From: Candidatus Eremiobacteria bacterium
GTDB lineage: Bacteria > Vulcanimicrobiota > Vulcanimicrobiia > Vulcanimicrobiales > Vulcanimicrobiaceae
NCBI GenBank assembly: GCA_963758295.1
Contig: CAVWUU010000001.1
Location: forward strand, 384,001 to 448,000
Length of the DNA stretch: 64,000 nucleotides
Direction of reading: 5' to 3'
The position numbers and the translations under genes are program-made. The notes under the pieces were generated by a model. It was not told where the DNA came from, ran no database searches, and saw nothing but the letters and a program-made list of their open reading frames with translations. Below, in pieces: positions 51,405 to 61,377 of this stretch (its first letter is position 1; each line of letters begins with the position of its first letter).

Positions 51405-51441
51405 AAAAAGCCCGGCACGGAACCTTCCCGTGCCGGGCTTT
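51405..51441. terminator. Bidirectional intrinsic terminator between convergent genes
   Basis: AAAGCCCGGCACGG-loop-CCGTGCCGGGCTTT with A/T runs on both sides. Confidence 0.85.
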
Positions 51442-51458
51442 CGATTTGCGGGCGTCTT

Positions 51459-54400
51459 TTAGGGTTCGCGCGGGATCGACGGGAGGGCCTGAAGGCCGGC
51501 TTTCGTTAGTTCGCCGTTGAGTTGCGGCAGCGAAGCTGCGAATGCGTTATACGCGTCGCGCGCATTGCGATACTCTGCGTCTATGCGAGCGTAGAACTGG
51601 GCCGCAGCAGGCGTCACGATGGCTTGCACCGGGAATGACTGGAGCGATGTGAAGGCGCCGTCGAGATTTTCGCGGAGCGAGCCCGGACGAGACACCGAGT
51701 CTTCGCCGTTTGTGTACGCCGCGGTTAGACGCGCCATGACCGAGGCACGTCCCTGACGCGCGTGTTCGAGCGCCGCCCGTGCGCCTTCACCTTGCGGTTG
51801 CTGAGCGACAATCGCTTTCCCAACCTTATCGAGGTTATTCAGCATCACGTCGACGCTGGAATACAGTGAGTTGAGCTTCGCAAAGGCATTATAACTTTGC
51901 TGCATTTGCCCGAGCGTCAACGTCGCTTGCGGATCGGGCTTGACGGTGAAGGCCTGAACGAACGTGCGGCCGTTTAAGGTGATCCGCGCGCTGTAACGGC
52001 CGGGAACGACCATCGGTCCATCGTCAGGCCCGGCAAATCCCGGATTCGGCGCGCCGGTCCATCTTACGGGCGGCGCAGCCGTGAAGTTCCAAACGATGCG
52101 ATTGATTCCAGCGTCATTCGTGCCGCGTAACGTGCGAACTGTCCGCCCAGAAGCATCGAGGATCGCAACCTCCGGCGCGCGAGCTTGTTGCGTCGACTGA
52201 TAGTAGGAAACCGGCACGCCGTACGGCGGGTTCGCCGACGCGTATTGCGTGTAGAGTCCTTCGGTGTTGTTCGTGAGGTTGTATTCGTAAGAGGTGCGCG
52301 GCGCAAAAAGCATCGCGCCTGCGCCAACGGCTTGCGGAAGATCTTGCAGCGGACGAATGTCGTCCATTACCCAAATGGAACGGCCGTGCGTCGCGATGAC
52401 GAGATCGTTGAAATGCGGCTGGATGCGAATATCTCGCACGGAGACGGCCGGCATGTTATTGCGAAGGCTTTGCCAATGCGCGCCACGATCGTACGACACC
52501 CACAGGCCCTGTTCGGTGCCAAGATAGACGACCGCCGCGTTGCGAGTGTCGGGGCGGATTGCGCGCGTCCACAGTTCGCGCGGCAATCCGCCGGCGATCG
52601 ATTGCCAATGCGCGCCGCTGTCGTGCGTAACCCATACGTGGGGTGCGCTGTCGCCCATTAAGTGGGCGTCTTCTACGGCATACGCCGTTGCGCGCTCAAG
52701 CGGTGACGGCGCTACGGTTTCGAAGCGGCCGTTGGGATTTGCATCCGGCGGCGTGACGTTTTTCCAATGTGCACCGCCGTCCCGCGTCATCTGGACGTAC
52801 CCGTCGTCGGTGCCGGCCCAAATCTCGCCGGGCGATACCGGTGATCCCTCGATGTCAAGAATCGTATCGGTGTACTCGGCGCCCGTTACATCGTGTGTGA
52901 TGGGGCCGCCCGCAGGCGCTTGATGGGCTTTGTCGTTCCGCGTGAGATCCGGGCTGATGGGATGCCAGCGATAGCCGCCGTCGGTAGATTGAAATACCAC
53001 GTTTCCGCCGAACCACGCAATGCGCGGATCCCAGGGTGCGAACCCGATCGGCGATTCCCAGTTGAAGCGATACGGGCTCGTCCCGACGTTGTAGTCTTCC
53101 TGAACGCTCGTGAAGTACGGTTGCGTGAACGTGTATTCGCGCGAACGACGGTTGAACAGGAAGAGCGCGCCGTCCTGACCGTCGGACCAAATGACGTTTG
53201 CATTACGGGGATCCGGGATTGCCCACTGGCCGTCATCGTCTTGGACGGGTGCAAACCATCCGGCATTGCTGTTGCCGGCCATGTCGAGCGAATTCGACGG
53301 TCCGCAGTACGAATTGTTGTCTTGCAAGCCGCCGCAGATCGTGTACGGATTGTCATTACCCAAACCAACGCGGTAAAACTGGCCGATCGGGATGTTTGCC
53401 CAGAACGCCCACGTACCGCCTCCGTTAACGCTTAGCGCGTATCCCCCGTCTTCCCCGACGATGATGCGCTTGGAGTCGTTGGGCGCAATCCAAATCGAGT
53501 GATAGTCGCCGTGCACGTTCCTCGCAATCGCCTTGAACGTTTTTCCGCCGTCTTTACTTTCCGCAAGGGACGTCGACGCGGTGTAGACGTGGTCGGGATT
53601 AGCCGGATCCACTTCGATGTGCGAAAAGTAAAACGGCCGCTGATCGACGAGTGTATTGGAGCTCACCAGCGTCCACGTTTTTCCATCGTCGTCCGAACGC
53701 CACAAGATTCCGTGCTTCGATTCGATCAAAGCATAAATGCGATTCGGATCGCTGGGCGAGACGGCAAGACCGATGCGGCCGGTGATCCCTTCCGGCAGAC
53801 CGCCGCCGGTGAGACGCGTCCACGTGCGTCCACCATCCGTCGAACGGTAAAGCCCATCGCGATCGCCGCCGGAGCGAAACGTCCACGGCCGCCGTTGGAA
53901 CTCCCACACGCCTGCATAGACCACGTTCGGCGTGCGCGGGCTCATTGCCAGATCGGAGATGCCGCTGCTGGGTCCGCCGTCGAGCGTCTTCGTCCACGTT
54001 TTGCCGCCGTCGAACGTTACGTATGCGCCCCGATCCGAGGAGTCGGCAAAAACGTTGCCGAGCGCGCCGACGATCACGTGCTGTGAATTATTCGGATCGA
54101 TCAAGATGCGCGCGATGTGCTTGGTTGCAGCTAGGCCGACGTTCGTCCACGTTTTGCCGCCGTCGATCGTTTTATACACGCCGTCGCCGTAGCTCACGTC
54201 GTTGCGGGGATTCGATTCACCGGTTCCGACCCAGACCGTGTCGTCGTTCGCCGGATCGATAGCGACCGCGCCGATCGCTCCAACGTTTTCCTGGTCGAAC
54301 ACCGGCGTCCACGCCGCCCCTGCGCTCGTGCTTTTCCAGACGCCGCCGCCGGCGGACCCGAGATAGTACAGGTTGGGATCGTGCGCCGATCCCGCGACGC

Positions 54401-54533
54401 TCGTAACGCGGCCGCCGCCGATGGCGGGCCCGGCTTCGCGCCACGGAATGTTACCGGTAGGAAGCTGCGCGGCTCCGGCCGCGGGCGCTAAAAGCGCAAC
54501 GAACCCAGCGAGGGCGATAACCGATCGAATCAT
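51459..54533 (-). CDS. VPS10/sortilin-like BNR (Asp-box) repeat protein, secreted
   Basis: WREAGPAIGGGRV, repeated S.DGG.TW Asp-boxes, GGLQDN, RFNWESP, LVIATHGRS. Confidence 0.88.
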   Translation of the reverse strand: MIRSVIALAGFVALLAPAAGAAQLPTGNIPWREAGPAIGGGRVTSVAGSAHDPNLYYLGSAGGGVWKSTSAGAAWTPVFDQENVGAIGAVAIDPANDDTVWVGTGESNPRNDVSYGDGVYKTIDGGKTWTNVGLAATKHIARILIDPNNSQHVIVGALGNVFADSSDRGAYVTFDGGKTWTKTLDGGPSSGISDLAMSPRTPNVVYAGVWEFQRRPWTFRSGGDRDGLYRSTDGGRTWTRLTGGGLPEGITGRIGLAVSPSDPNRIYALIESKHGILWRSDDDGKTWTLVSSNTLVDQRPFYFSHIEVDPANPDHVYTASTSLAESKDGGKTFKAIARNVHGDYHSIWIAPNDSKRIIVGEDGGYALSVNGGGTWAFWANIPIGQFYRVGLGNDNPYTICGGLQDNNSYCGPSNSLDMAGNSNAGWFAPVQDDDGQWAIPDPRNANVIWSDGQDGALFLFNRRSREYTFTQPYFTSVQEDYNVGTSPYRFNWESPIGFAPWDPRIAWFGGNVVFQSTDGGYRWHPISPDLTRNDKAHQAPAGGPITHDVTGAEYTDTILDIEGSPVSPGEIWAGTDDGYVQMTRDGGAHWKNVTPPDANPNGRFETVAPSPLERATAYAVEDAHLMGDSAPHVWVTHDSGAHWQSIAGGLPRELWTRAIRPDTRNAAVVYLGTEQGLWVSYDRGAHWQSLRNNMPAVSVRDIRIQPHFNDLVIATHGRSIWVMDDIRPLQDLPQAVGAGAMLFAPRTSYEYNLTNNTEGLYTQYASANPPYGVPVSYYQSTQQARAPEVAILDASGRTVRTLRGTNDAGINRIVWNFTAAPPVRWTGAPNPGFAGPDDGPMVVPGRYSARITLNGRTFVQAFTVKPDPQATLTLGQMQQSYNAFAKLNSLYSSVDVMLNNLDKVGKAIVAQQPQGEGARAALEHARQGRASVMARLTAAYTNGEDSVSRPGSLRENLDGAFTSLQSFPVQAIVTPAAAQFYARIDAEYRNARDAYNAFAASLPQLNGELTKAGLQALPSIPREP

Positions 54534-54576
54534 ATCGTGCAATTACCGCCGCGGAAATGCCATCACCTCGTAAGGC

Positions 54577-55584
54577 TTATGGCTTCGCAAGCGACGCCAA
54601 TTCTCGAAACAGCTCCTCTTCCCGTTCGCTCAGACGCTGCGGCAGTTGTCCGATGAGGCGAACGTAAAGGTCGCCGTTTCCGCCGCCGTTCAAATGCGGC
54701 ATTCCCTTTCCCGCCGCCCGCATCAACTGTTCGTTCTGCGTTCTGGCCGGGATCGTCATCGTAATCGCGCCGGTAAGCGTCGGCACATGGGCTTCACCGC
54801 CGAGCACAAGGGAATAGATCCCGATCGGAAGATCGGTGTAGAGATCGTCTCCTTCGCGGCGGAATCGTTCGTCCGGCTTTGTGCGGACGGTCAAGTACAG
54901 ATTGCCGGGCGGACCGCCGTGAAGACCTTGACCGCCCTGTCCGCCCAGACGTATGCGTTGGCCGTCGCGCACGCCTTTTGGAATTTTGACTTCCAACGCC
55001 TTTCGCTCGAGGATCGCACCGGTGCCATGGCAATTTGGACAAATGCGCTCGTGTTGCACGCCGGTACCGCCGCACGCGGGGCAGCGGTCTTCAACGTCGA
55101 GCGAAATCGATTTCGTTGCGCCGTCATAAGCGTCGCGAAGGTCGACCTCTATCGATCCCTCTAAGTCTTGTCCGCGATGGGGCGAACGCGGTGAACCGGC
55201 GGCGCGACGTCCGACGTTCGTGAAGAATGATTCGAAGAAGTCGGAGTAGCGGTCATCGCTCGCGCCGCCGAAAAAGTCCTCGGCGCTGAAGCCCGCGGTA
55301 GTGCCCCGATCGGAGCGGTAGCGCCGTTGCTGCTCCGCCTCGCGCGACGCACTTTCCCAATCGCTTCCGAGCGCGTCGTATTTGCGGCGCTTCTCGGGAT
55401 CGCTAAGAACCTCGTACGCCTCTTGGAGGTCTTTGAATTTTTCCTCCGCAGCTTTGGCATTCTCGAGGTTCGCATCGGGATGCCATTTGCGCGCGAGCTT
55501 GCGGTACGCCGACTTGATTTCTTTCTCGGACGCGCTCTTCGCGACGCCAAGAACCTCGTAGTAATCTTTGTAGGCTACGGCCAT
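54577..55584 (-). CDS. DnaJ-class co-chaperone (CbpA-like)
   Basis: [21 protein letters not shown]; DnaJ C domain; two CxxCxGxG motifs. Confidence 0.92.
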   Translation of the reverse strand: MAVAYKDYYEVLGVAKSASEKEIKSAYRKLARKWHPDANLENAKAAEEKFKDLQEAYEVLSDPEKRRKYDALGSDWESASREAEQQRRYRSDRGTTAGFSAEDFFGGASDDRYSDFFESFFTNVGRRAAGSPRSPHRGQDLEGSIEVDLRDAYDGATKSISLDVEDRCPACGGTGVQHERICPNCHGTGAILERKALEVKIPKGVRDGQRIRLGGQGGQGLHGGPPGNLYLTVRTKPDERFRREGDDLYTDLPIGIYSLVLGGEAHVPTLTGAITMTIPARTQNEQLMRAAGKGMPHLNGGGNGDLYVRLIGQLPQRLSEREEELFRELASLAKP

Positions 55585-55611
55585 CCCGGAACCGCCTTCA
55601 GCTCGAGCGAA

Positions 55612-56124
55612 TTAGGCGTTAGCGCGCTGCGGCAGTCGCCAATTCGGCCGAATGAAGTGGCAGGTGTAGCCGTCGGGATACTTTTGCAAATAATCCTGGT
55701 GTTCGGGCTCCGCTTCCCAAAAGGGACCGGCGGAAGCAACTTCGGTGACGACTTTGCCCGGCCACAGTCCCGATGCTTCGACATCTGCAATCGTGTCTTC
55801 GGCAATGCGGCGCTGTTCGTCGGTCGTATAAAAAATCGCCGATCGATAGCTCGCGCCTCTGTCGTTGCCTTGGCGGTTCAGCGTCGTCGGATCGTGAAGC
55901 TGAAAGAAAAACTCGAGCAATTGCCGGTAGCTCAGTTGCGCGGGATCGAAAACAATTTCGACGGCTTCCGCGTGATTGCCGTGATTGCGATAAGTCGCAT
56001 TCGGCACGTCTCCACCGGAGTAGCCGACGCGCGTTGAGATAACGCCCGTAAACGTCCGCAACAGCTCTTGCACGCCCCAGAAGCAACCGCCGGCAAGAAT
56101 AGCCCGCTCACTTTGTGTATCCAT
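55612..56124 (-). CDS. msrA: Peptide methionine-(S)-sulfoxide reductase
   Basis: [35 protein letters not shown]. Confidence 0.95.
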   Translation of the reverse strand: MDTQSERAILAGGCFWGVQELLRTFTGVISTRVGYSGGDVPNATYRNHGNHAEAVEIVFDPAQLSYRQLLEFFFQLHDPTTLNRQGNDRGASYRSAIFYTTDEQRRIAEDTIADVEASGLWPGKVVTEVASAGPFWEAEPEHQDYLQKYPDGYTCHFIRPNWRLPQRANA

Positions 56125-56203
56125 GCTCCCGTAACCGTTCGTGAAAGAGCGCGGGTTTCTCTGCGAAGGGCGGCCGTCACGGCGCGCGAACCCGGCGCAC
56201 GAG

Positions 56204-57112
56204 ATGAGCGAAGCGAGTGTCCTTCGGTGGCTGCTCGACGGCGATCCGTCGATTCGCTGGCAAGTGATGCGAGATCTCACCGATTCGCCGTGCGCGATCT
56301 TCGAGGCCGAGCGACAACGCGTTGCTCTGGAAGGCTGGGGTCGCGCACTGCTCGATCGTCAGTCGCCCGGGGCCTGGTGGGGCGCTCCCGACGAAGAAGG
56401 CTGGATGATCTCGACCGACGCCCTCGCTCTTCTTCGCGAGATGGGCGTCGAACCGTCGAGCGATGCCGCGCGCCGTGCCCTCGCGCGTGTCAAAACGCAT
56501 CTGAAATGGGAACGCTTGAACGGGCGGGCGTACTTTGCGGGCGAAACCGAGCCATGCATCAATGGCGCGATTCTAGCTATCGGCAGTTACTTCGGCGAAC
56601 GGTGCGACGAAATCGTCGAACGTTTACTGCACGAACAGCTTCCCGACGGCGGCTGGAATTGCGACGCGCCGCCGAGCTGCCGTTCGTCATTCAATTCCAC
56701 GATTCGCGTCCTGGAAGGACTGCTCGAATACGAGCGCGCGTGGGGACGTTCCGGCGCGGTCGCCTCGGCGAGATTCAAAGCGCACGAATATCTGCTGCAA
56801 CGCCGGTTGTTCCGGCGCGCGAGCAATGGCGAGGTCATCGATCGCGCTTGGATGCGCTTCGCATTCCCGACAACGTGGCATTACGACATCTTGCGCGCCC
56901 TCGATTATTTTCGCAGCGCCGGCATCCCGCCGGATGAACGCGTAACCGAAGCCGTCGACGTAGTAAAAGCGCGACGGCATCAAAACGGGCGATGGCCGAT
57001 GAACCGGCTCCATGCCGATCGTCTGCGGTTTCCGTTGGAGCCGGAGACGGGCCGCGCGAGCCGCTGGAATACTTTACGCGCAATGCGCGTTCTCAAATGG
57101 TATCGACGCTAG
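56204..57112 (+). CDS. Prenyltransferase/squalene-cyclase-repeat-like hypothetical protein
   Basis: [49 protein letters not shown]. Confidence 0.7.
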   Translation: MSEASVLRWLLDGDPSIRWQVMRDLTDSPCAIFEAERQRVALEGWGRALLDRQSPGAWWGAPDEEGWMISTDALALLREMGVEPSSDAARRALARVKTHLKWERLNGRAYFAGETEPCINGAILAIGSYFGERCDEIVERLLHEQLPDGGWNCDAPPSCRSSFNSTIRVLEGLLEYERAWGRSGAVASARFKAHEYLLQRRLFRRASNGEVIDRAWMRFAFPTTWHYDILRALDYFRSAGIPPDERVTEAVDVVKARRHQNGRWPMNRLHADRLRFPLEPETGRASRWNTLRAMRVLKWYRR

Positions 57113-57890
57113 CCTTGGGACTGCCCATGTTGGTCGTCGATCGCGAAACGCTCGAGTTTAATGCGTCGGCAACCACGTACGTTGCGCCGGCGATCAAAAA
57201 ATTCAAAGCGAATTCCGACCAGTTGAAGTGCGATTCCGGATGAACGAGCAAACGTGGTACCCAGACGAGGAAGCCGAATATGCCCAACATCAAAGCCATC
57301 AGGCGCGCGGCGAGCACGGCTTGGCGATCGATAAGCAACGCTATTGCGGCTAGCGCAAAGGCGATCGTGGTGAGATTCGCCCAGAAAACCTGGTTCGGCG
57401 GTATCCATACAGGCACGAGCTGTGCCGTTACCGCGAGGTAAACAATTTGCGCGACTGCAAACGAGATCGCGCAGAGCCCTAGCCCGATGCGCGCAATGAG
57501 GCGAAATGCGCAAGCGCGTGTCGCGCCGGCGCCGGTAGCCGATAACATGGCGACAGCGCCGCACAGCAAGGCGAATTGTTCGAAGAATGCCCCGTATGAT
57601 TCGTAAACAGCCGGCATGGTAGCGATCGCGGGAATGCAGGTCAGCGAGAAAATCGCATAGACCGCCGTTAGCGCGGTCGATCCGGCGCGCAAGGTTCGCG
57701 GAAAAAACAGGCAGAGGCCGCCGGCAATCTGGGCGATCATCACGCACGTGCCTACGACTGCGCCGAGCGGCAAGCTTAGGAGCTTATATGAAGCTTGCCA
57801 GGTGGCAGCGTCGCGCCACATAAGCGCCAGAACGCCCGACAAAACTGCCGATGCTGCGAACACGATGCGGCCGTAAACTGGCCTCGTCAC
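57093..57890 (-). CDS. DoxX-like multi-pass membrane protein
   Basis: About 8 TM segments, LVPVWIPP..FWA.LT; start GTG 57890 inferred. Confidence 0.65.
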   Translation of the reverse strand: MTRPVYGRIVFAASAVLSGVLALMWRDAATWQASYKLLSLPLGAVVGTCVMIAQIAGGLCLFFPRTLRAGSTALTAVYAIFSLTCIPAIATMPAVYESYGAFFEQFALLCGAVAMLSATGAGATRACAFRLIARIGLGLCAISFAVAQIVYLAVTAQLVPVWIPPNQVFWANLTTIAFALAAIALLIDRQAVLAARLMALMLGIFGFLVWVPRLLVHPESHFNWSEFALNFLIAGATYVVADALNSSVSRSTTNMGSPKASVDTI

Positions 57891-58090
57891 GAAGTCGCAA
57901 CGTCCGCGGGATTTCAGGCGTGACGCATAGTCCAAAAGCCCCAAGAATTGCATCTTTCTGCGGGTAAGCGAGCAAACGGCCTGTTTGTTAACGTTTCCTT
58001 GGCTGAAAGCTTTCACAGCCGGCGAGCGAGCGAAAGGCCCTGCATTTTCTCGGTTGAACGGCGGATGGCAGTACAACTAAAGGGGACAAG

Positions 58091-59689
58091 GTGGGACGAC
58101 CGTTTTCAGGCCTGTCCATCTATGCTTTACTGCTCGCTACTATTGCGAGCGTAGCAGCATGTGGTGGAGCAGGCGGGGGATCTCCCGAGGCTTCCGGAGT
58201 GCTTCCGGCCGCTTCGGCTTCACCATGTCCTAGTGGTTATACCGGAACGCCCGGCCAGTGCACGCAAGTCCAGTCCGGCGATTCTTTCACGCCGGTCGCA
58301 TCGGCGACGACTGCGCCGCTTCCGGCCGTCGGTGGATTTAGCGGCACGATTCAGGTGCCGCCCGCCGGAGCAGCCGGTCCAATTCAGGTAACCGTTTCTA
58401 CCACTAATCCCGGCGTCACGACGTTCGATCGTCTGCGCCGGGCGGCAAACGGAATCACGCGCGCCGACGGTAGCGCTGCGAGCACGCCGCTCCTCTATAT
58501 CACCCTTTCGACCGGCGCCGCTGCGGTTACGTTCCAAGGCTTTCCGGGATTCGTGCTATCGCTGCCGTCGTCGGCGGGGACGGGCCCGTTCTACCTGGCG
58601 CAATTGGAGAACGCAAGCGGCGGCACGGGAACGTGGACCACGATTGCGGGGCCAACGAATGCTGTGGGTTCAATCGCAACGATGCAGCCCTCGCTCCCGT
58701 CACTGGCGATGGCTCCAAACCAATCGACGTACTTCGTCTTATATACGGGCGCTATGCCGTCCAGCTCACCGCAGGCATCGGCAAGTCCGATGCCGCCGGT
58801 GACCGCGTCACCAAGTCCGGTGCCGACGGTCACGTCGAGCCCGAGCAGCACTACGACGCCGGGCCAGACGCCGACGCCTATCCCAACGGCAACTTCTTCG
58901 CCGACGCCGGTTTCGTCGCCGACGGGTTCGCCGACGCTCCCGCCGACGGCTGCACCGACCACGACGTCTTCGCCGACTCCATTCCCGACGGCGTCACCGT
59001 CGCCGACGCCGACGCCGGGTTCAGGCACGGCCTCGACGCCGCGGACGCTTTCAGTTCACGGGCTCCCGAGCGGGACGTCCGGAACGTCGATCAATTTTGC
59101 CGCGGGAACGTTTTCGCTCAGCGTCTTGAATTCATCGGGCGCAGCAATCGCGGGATCGTTTGCCAACGCCGTCACGGTTTCGAGCAGCGACACAACCGGC
59201 GTCGTGCAGCTTTCAGTGAACGGCGGCGTGGCGGCGCGAAGCGTTTCCGTTACCTCGGGCAGCGATCTGATCGCGCTGATCTATAACGGGAGTACGATCG
59301 GCCCGGTTACGATTTCCGCCACGGCCGCCACGGCATCTACCGCATCGGCGATTTTCACGCCGGCGATTCAATCGATTCAGTACAGTGGTCCATCTAATGC
59401 TTCAAACGGCACGCCGGAAATTGATTTGTACGCGCCGAGCGGTCAGGGAACCGGATCGACGTTCGACTTTTCCGTGAGCCAGCCCGGTTACACCGGCACC
59501 TATTCGCTCGGCATTCCGAGCGCATGCAACAACTTCGCAAGCATCATTAACAACGGCAGCGGTTCGTATACGGTCAACTCGATCGCGTCACCGGTCGCCG
59601 GAACGTGCACGTTCACCGTCACCGGTTACGGCACGTCAACGGTCAGCGTGAAGCTGACGTATTCCAGCTTTGGGGTAATTTTGCAATGA
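58091..59689 (+). CDS. Lipoprotein with beta-rich domains and a Ser/Thr/Pro-rich linker
   Basis: Lipobox VAAC-GG; PTPT/SSPT low-complexity linker about 58750-59040. Confidence 0.75.
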   Translation: MGRPFSGLSIYALLLATIASVAACGGAGGGSPEASGVLPAASASPCPSGYTGTPGQCTQVQSGDSFTPVASATTAPLPAVGGFSGTIQVPPAGAAGPIQVTVSTTNPGVTTFDRLRRAANGITRADGSAASTPLLYITLSTGAAAVTFQGFPGFVLSLPSSAGTGPFYLAQLENASGGTGTWTTIAGPTNAVGSIATMQPSLPSLAMAPNQSTYFVLYTGAMPSSSPQASASPMPPVTASPSPVPTVTSSPSSTTTPGQTPTPIPTATSSPTPVSSPTGSPTLPPTAAPTTTSSPTPFPTASPSPTPTPGSGTASTPRTLSVHGLPSGTSGTSINFAAGTFSLSVLNSSGAAIAGSFANAVTVSSSDTTGVVQLSVNGGVAARSVSVTSGSDLIALIYNGSTIGPVTISATAATASTASAIFTPAIQSIQYSGPSNASNGTPEIDLYAPSGQGTGSTFDFSVSQPGYTGTYSLGIPSACNNFASIINNGSGSYTVNSIASPVAGTCTFTVTGYGTSTVSVKLTYSSFGVILQ

Positions 59690-61377
59690 AGGCAACGCAC
59701 TATCTGCGCGGCGGCGCGCTTGCGTTGAGCGTTGCGGCAGGCGCACTTGCCGGATGCGGCGGCGGCTCGATGCCGTCACACGGCGTCGGTTCGGGAAACG
59801 GAGATAGCGGTTCGTCGGGCTCAAGCAAGTACGCCGTCGCGAAACTGACGATCGTCATTCCGGAAAAGACGACGAGCGGTATGCGCCGTCCGGCGTATAT
59901 CTCTGCGTCGACGGCATGGCTTGCGTGGACGCTCGACGGCGCGCAGCAGAATCCGGTTGCGCTCTCGACGACCGCGTCACCAAATCCGAATTGCACGGGC
60001 TCGGGATCGAGCACCGTATGCACCGTCCCGTTTTATGTTGCTCCCGGAACGCACAACTTCGTCTTCACGCTTGAAGATGCGAACTTCCGCGCGCTTTCGA
60101 CCGGAACAGCCACGAATGTAACGTTGACTGCCGGCGTCGCAAATACGTTGAACCTGACGCTGGGCGGCATCCCGGCGGGCATCAGCGTTTCGTCGAACAA
60201 TACGAATTTTACGAAATCGTCTTCGATCTACACGATGTACGGCACCGGCTCGGTGACGCTCGCGATCAATGCCGTTGACGCGGCCGGGAATACGATCGTC
60301 GGCGGCGGCGCGCCGTCGTTGAGCGCGTCGTTAGCAGCGGCTTCTCCCGCGCCATCACCGGCGCCGTCGGCCACGCTGGTCGCCGGATCCGGAAACACCT
60401 GGACGCTTACATCTTCATTCCAACCTTCATCGCCGACGCAAGGAACGGCGGCCGTGCTCAAAGTGCAGGCCTCGCCCGCGGCCGGTTCCGGAATCGCTTC
60501 GTTCTCGTCGCAGTTCAGCGTGCTGTTTTATACGCCGCGAATCTTCGTTGCGCAATCCGGTTCGGGCAGCGTCACGAGTTACGATGAACAGGGGAACGCG
60601 CAATCGACCACTATCACGGGTCTCGCGGCACCGCAAGCGGTTTCGTACGGAGCGAATTCCAGCACGCCGAACCCGTTGCCGTCTTCCTATCTTTATGTCG
60701 GGAGTCTTCACGTCGTTACGCCGACGCCGCTCCCGACCGCCAACGCAACGGCCGGCCCGACGCCGACGCCGTACGGATCTATTGCTGCGTACAACATCGA
60801 CGGTTCGTCGCCTAGCGGTCTCGGCGCCTTTTCGAATGCCGGCGTACCGGTCGGCGTGGCGTTCGACACAAATCTCAACGAGTTATTCGCGCTGAACTCG
60901 ATAGGATCGGCGCTGCAGGTCTATAGTTCATCCGGCACTTATCAAAGCACCGCCGTCGCCAGTATCATCAATCCAACGGGGATCGCGTTTGATGCTGCGA
61001 GCAATGACATGTACGTAAGTACGTCGAGCAGCGTTATCGCCTACCACGAAAATGGCAGCGCCGATACGGCGGTGTCGTCTTTTTCGTCACTAAATTCGCC
61101 GGCCGGCATTGCTTATGATTCGGTGTTGAATGAACTGTTCGTCCTCAATCGCGGCAACAGTACGGTGGCGGTATACTCGCCGTCCGGCGGCGCGCCGTTG
61201 GCTTCGTTCAGCGTCGTTTCTACGCCGACGGCCTTGATGTACGATCCGTACGTTCGCTGGATTTACGTGGCGAACGCGACTTCGATTCGCGCGTATAGCG
61301 AGAGCGGCGCGCCGCAAACGCTAAGCGGTACGTGGTCCAACCTCAGTACGCCGACGTCATTGACGGTCGTCCAATGA
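59686..61377 (+). CDS. Lipoprotein with C-terminal NHL/YncE-like beta-propeller
   Basis: Lipobox LAGC-GGG; RRPAYISAST; repeats PVGVAFD, PTGIAFD, PAGIAYD, PTALMYD; ATGA overlap. Confidence 0.78.
   Translation: MKATHYLRGGALALSVAAGALAGCGGGSMPSHGVGSGNGDSGSSGSSKYAVAKLTIVIPEKTTSGMRRPAYISASTAWLAWTLDGAQQNPVALSTTASPNPNCTGSGSSTVCTVPFYVAPGTHNFVFTLEDANFRALSTGTATNVTLTAGVANTLNLTLGGIPAGISVSSNNTNFTKSSSIYTMYGTGSVTLAINAVDAAGNTIVGGGAPSLSASLAAASPAPSPAPSATLVAGSGNTWTLTSSFQPSSPTQGTAAVLKVQASPAAGSGIASFSSQFSVLFYTPRIFVAQSGSGSVTSYDEQGNAQSTTITGLAAPQAVSYGANSSTPNPLPSSYLYVGSLHVVTPTPLPTANATAGPTPTPYGSIAAYNIDGSSPSGLGAFSNAGVPVGVAFDTNLNELFALNSIGSALQVYSSSGTYQSTAVASIINPTGIAFDAASNDMYVSTSSSVIAYHENGSADTAVSSFSSLNSPAGIAYDSVLNELFVLNRGNSTVAVYSPSGGAPLASFSVVSTPTALMYDPYVRWIYVANATSIRAYSESGAPQTLSGTWSNLSTPTSLTVVQ

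Noticed and set aside
56204..57112. Squalene-hopene cyclase
   Set aside because: Only ~300 aa, no DxDD motif and no hopanoid genes nearby
57891..58090. Possible c-di-GMP riboswitch upstream of the surface operon
   Set aside because: Only a short hairpin (GGCTGAAAGCTTTCACAGCC); the conserved GEMM core is absent
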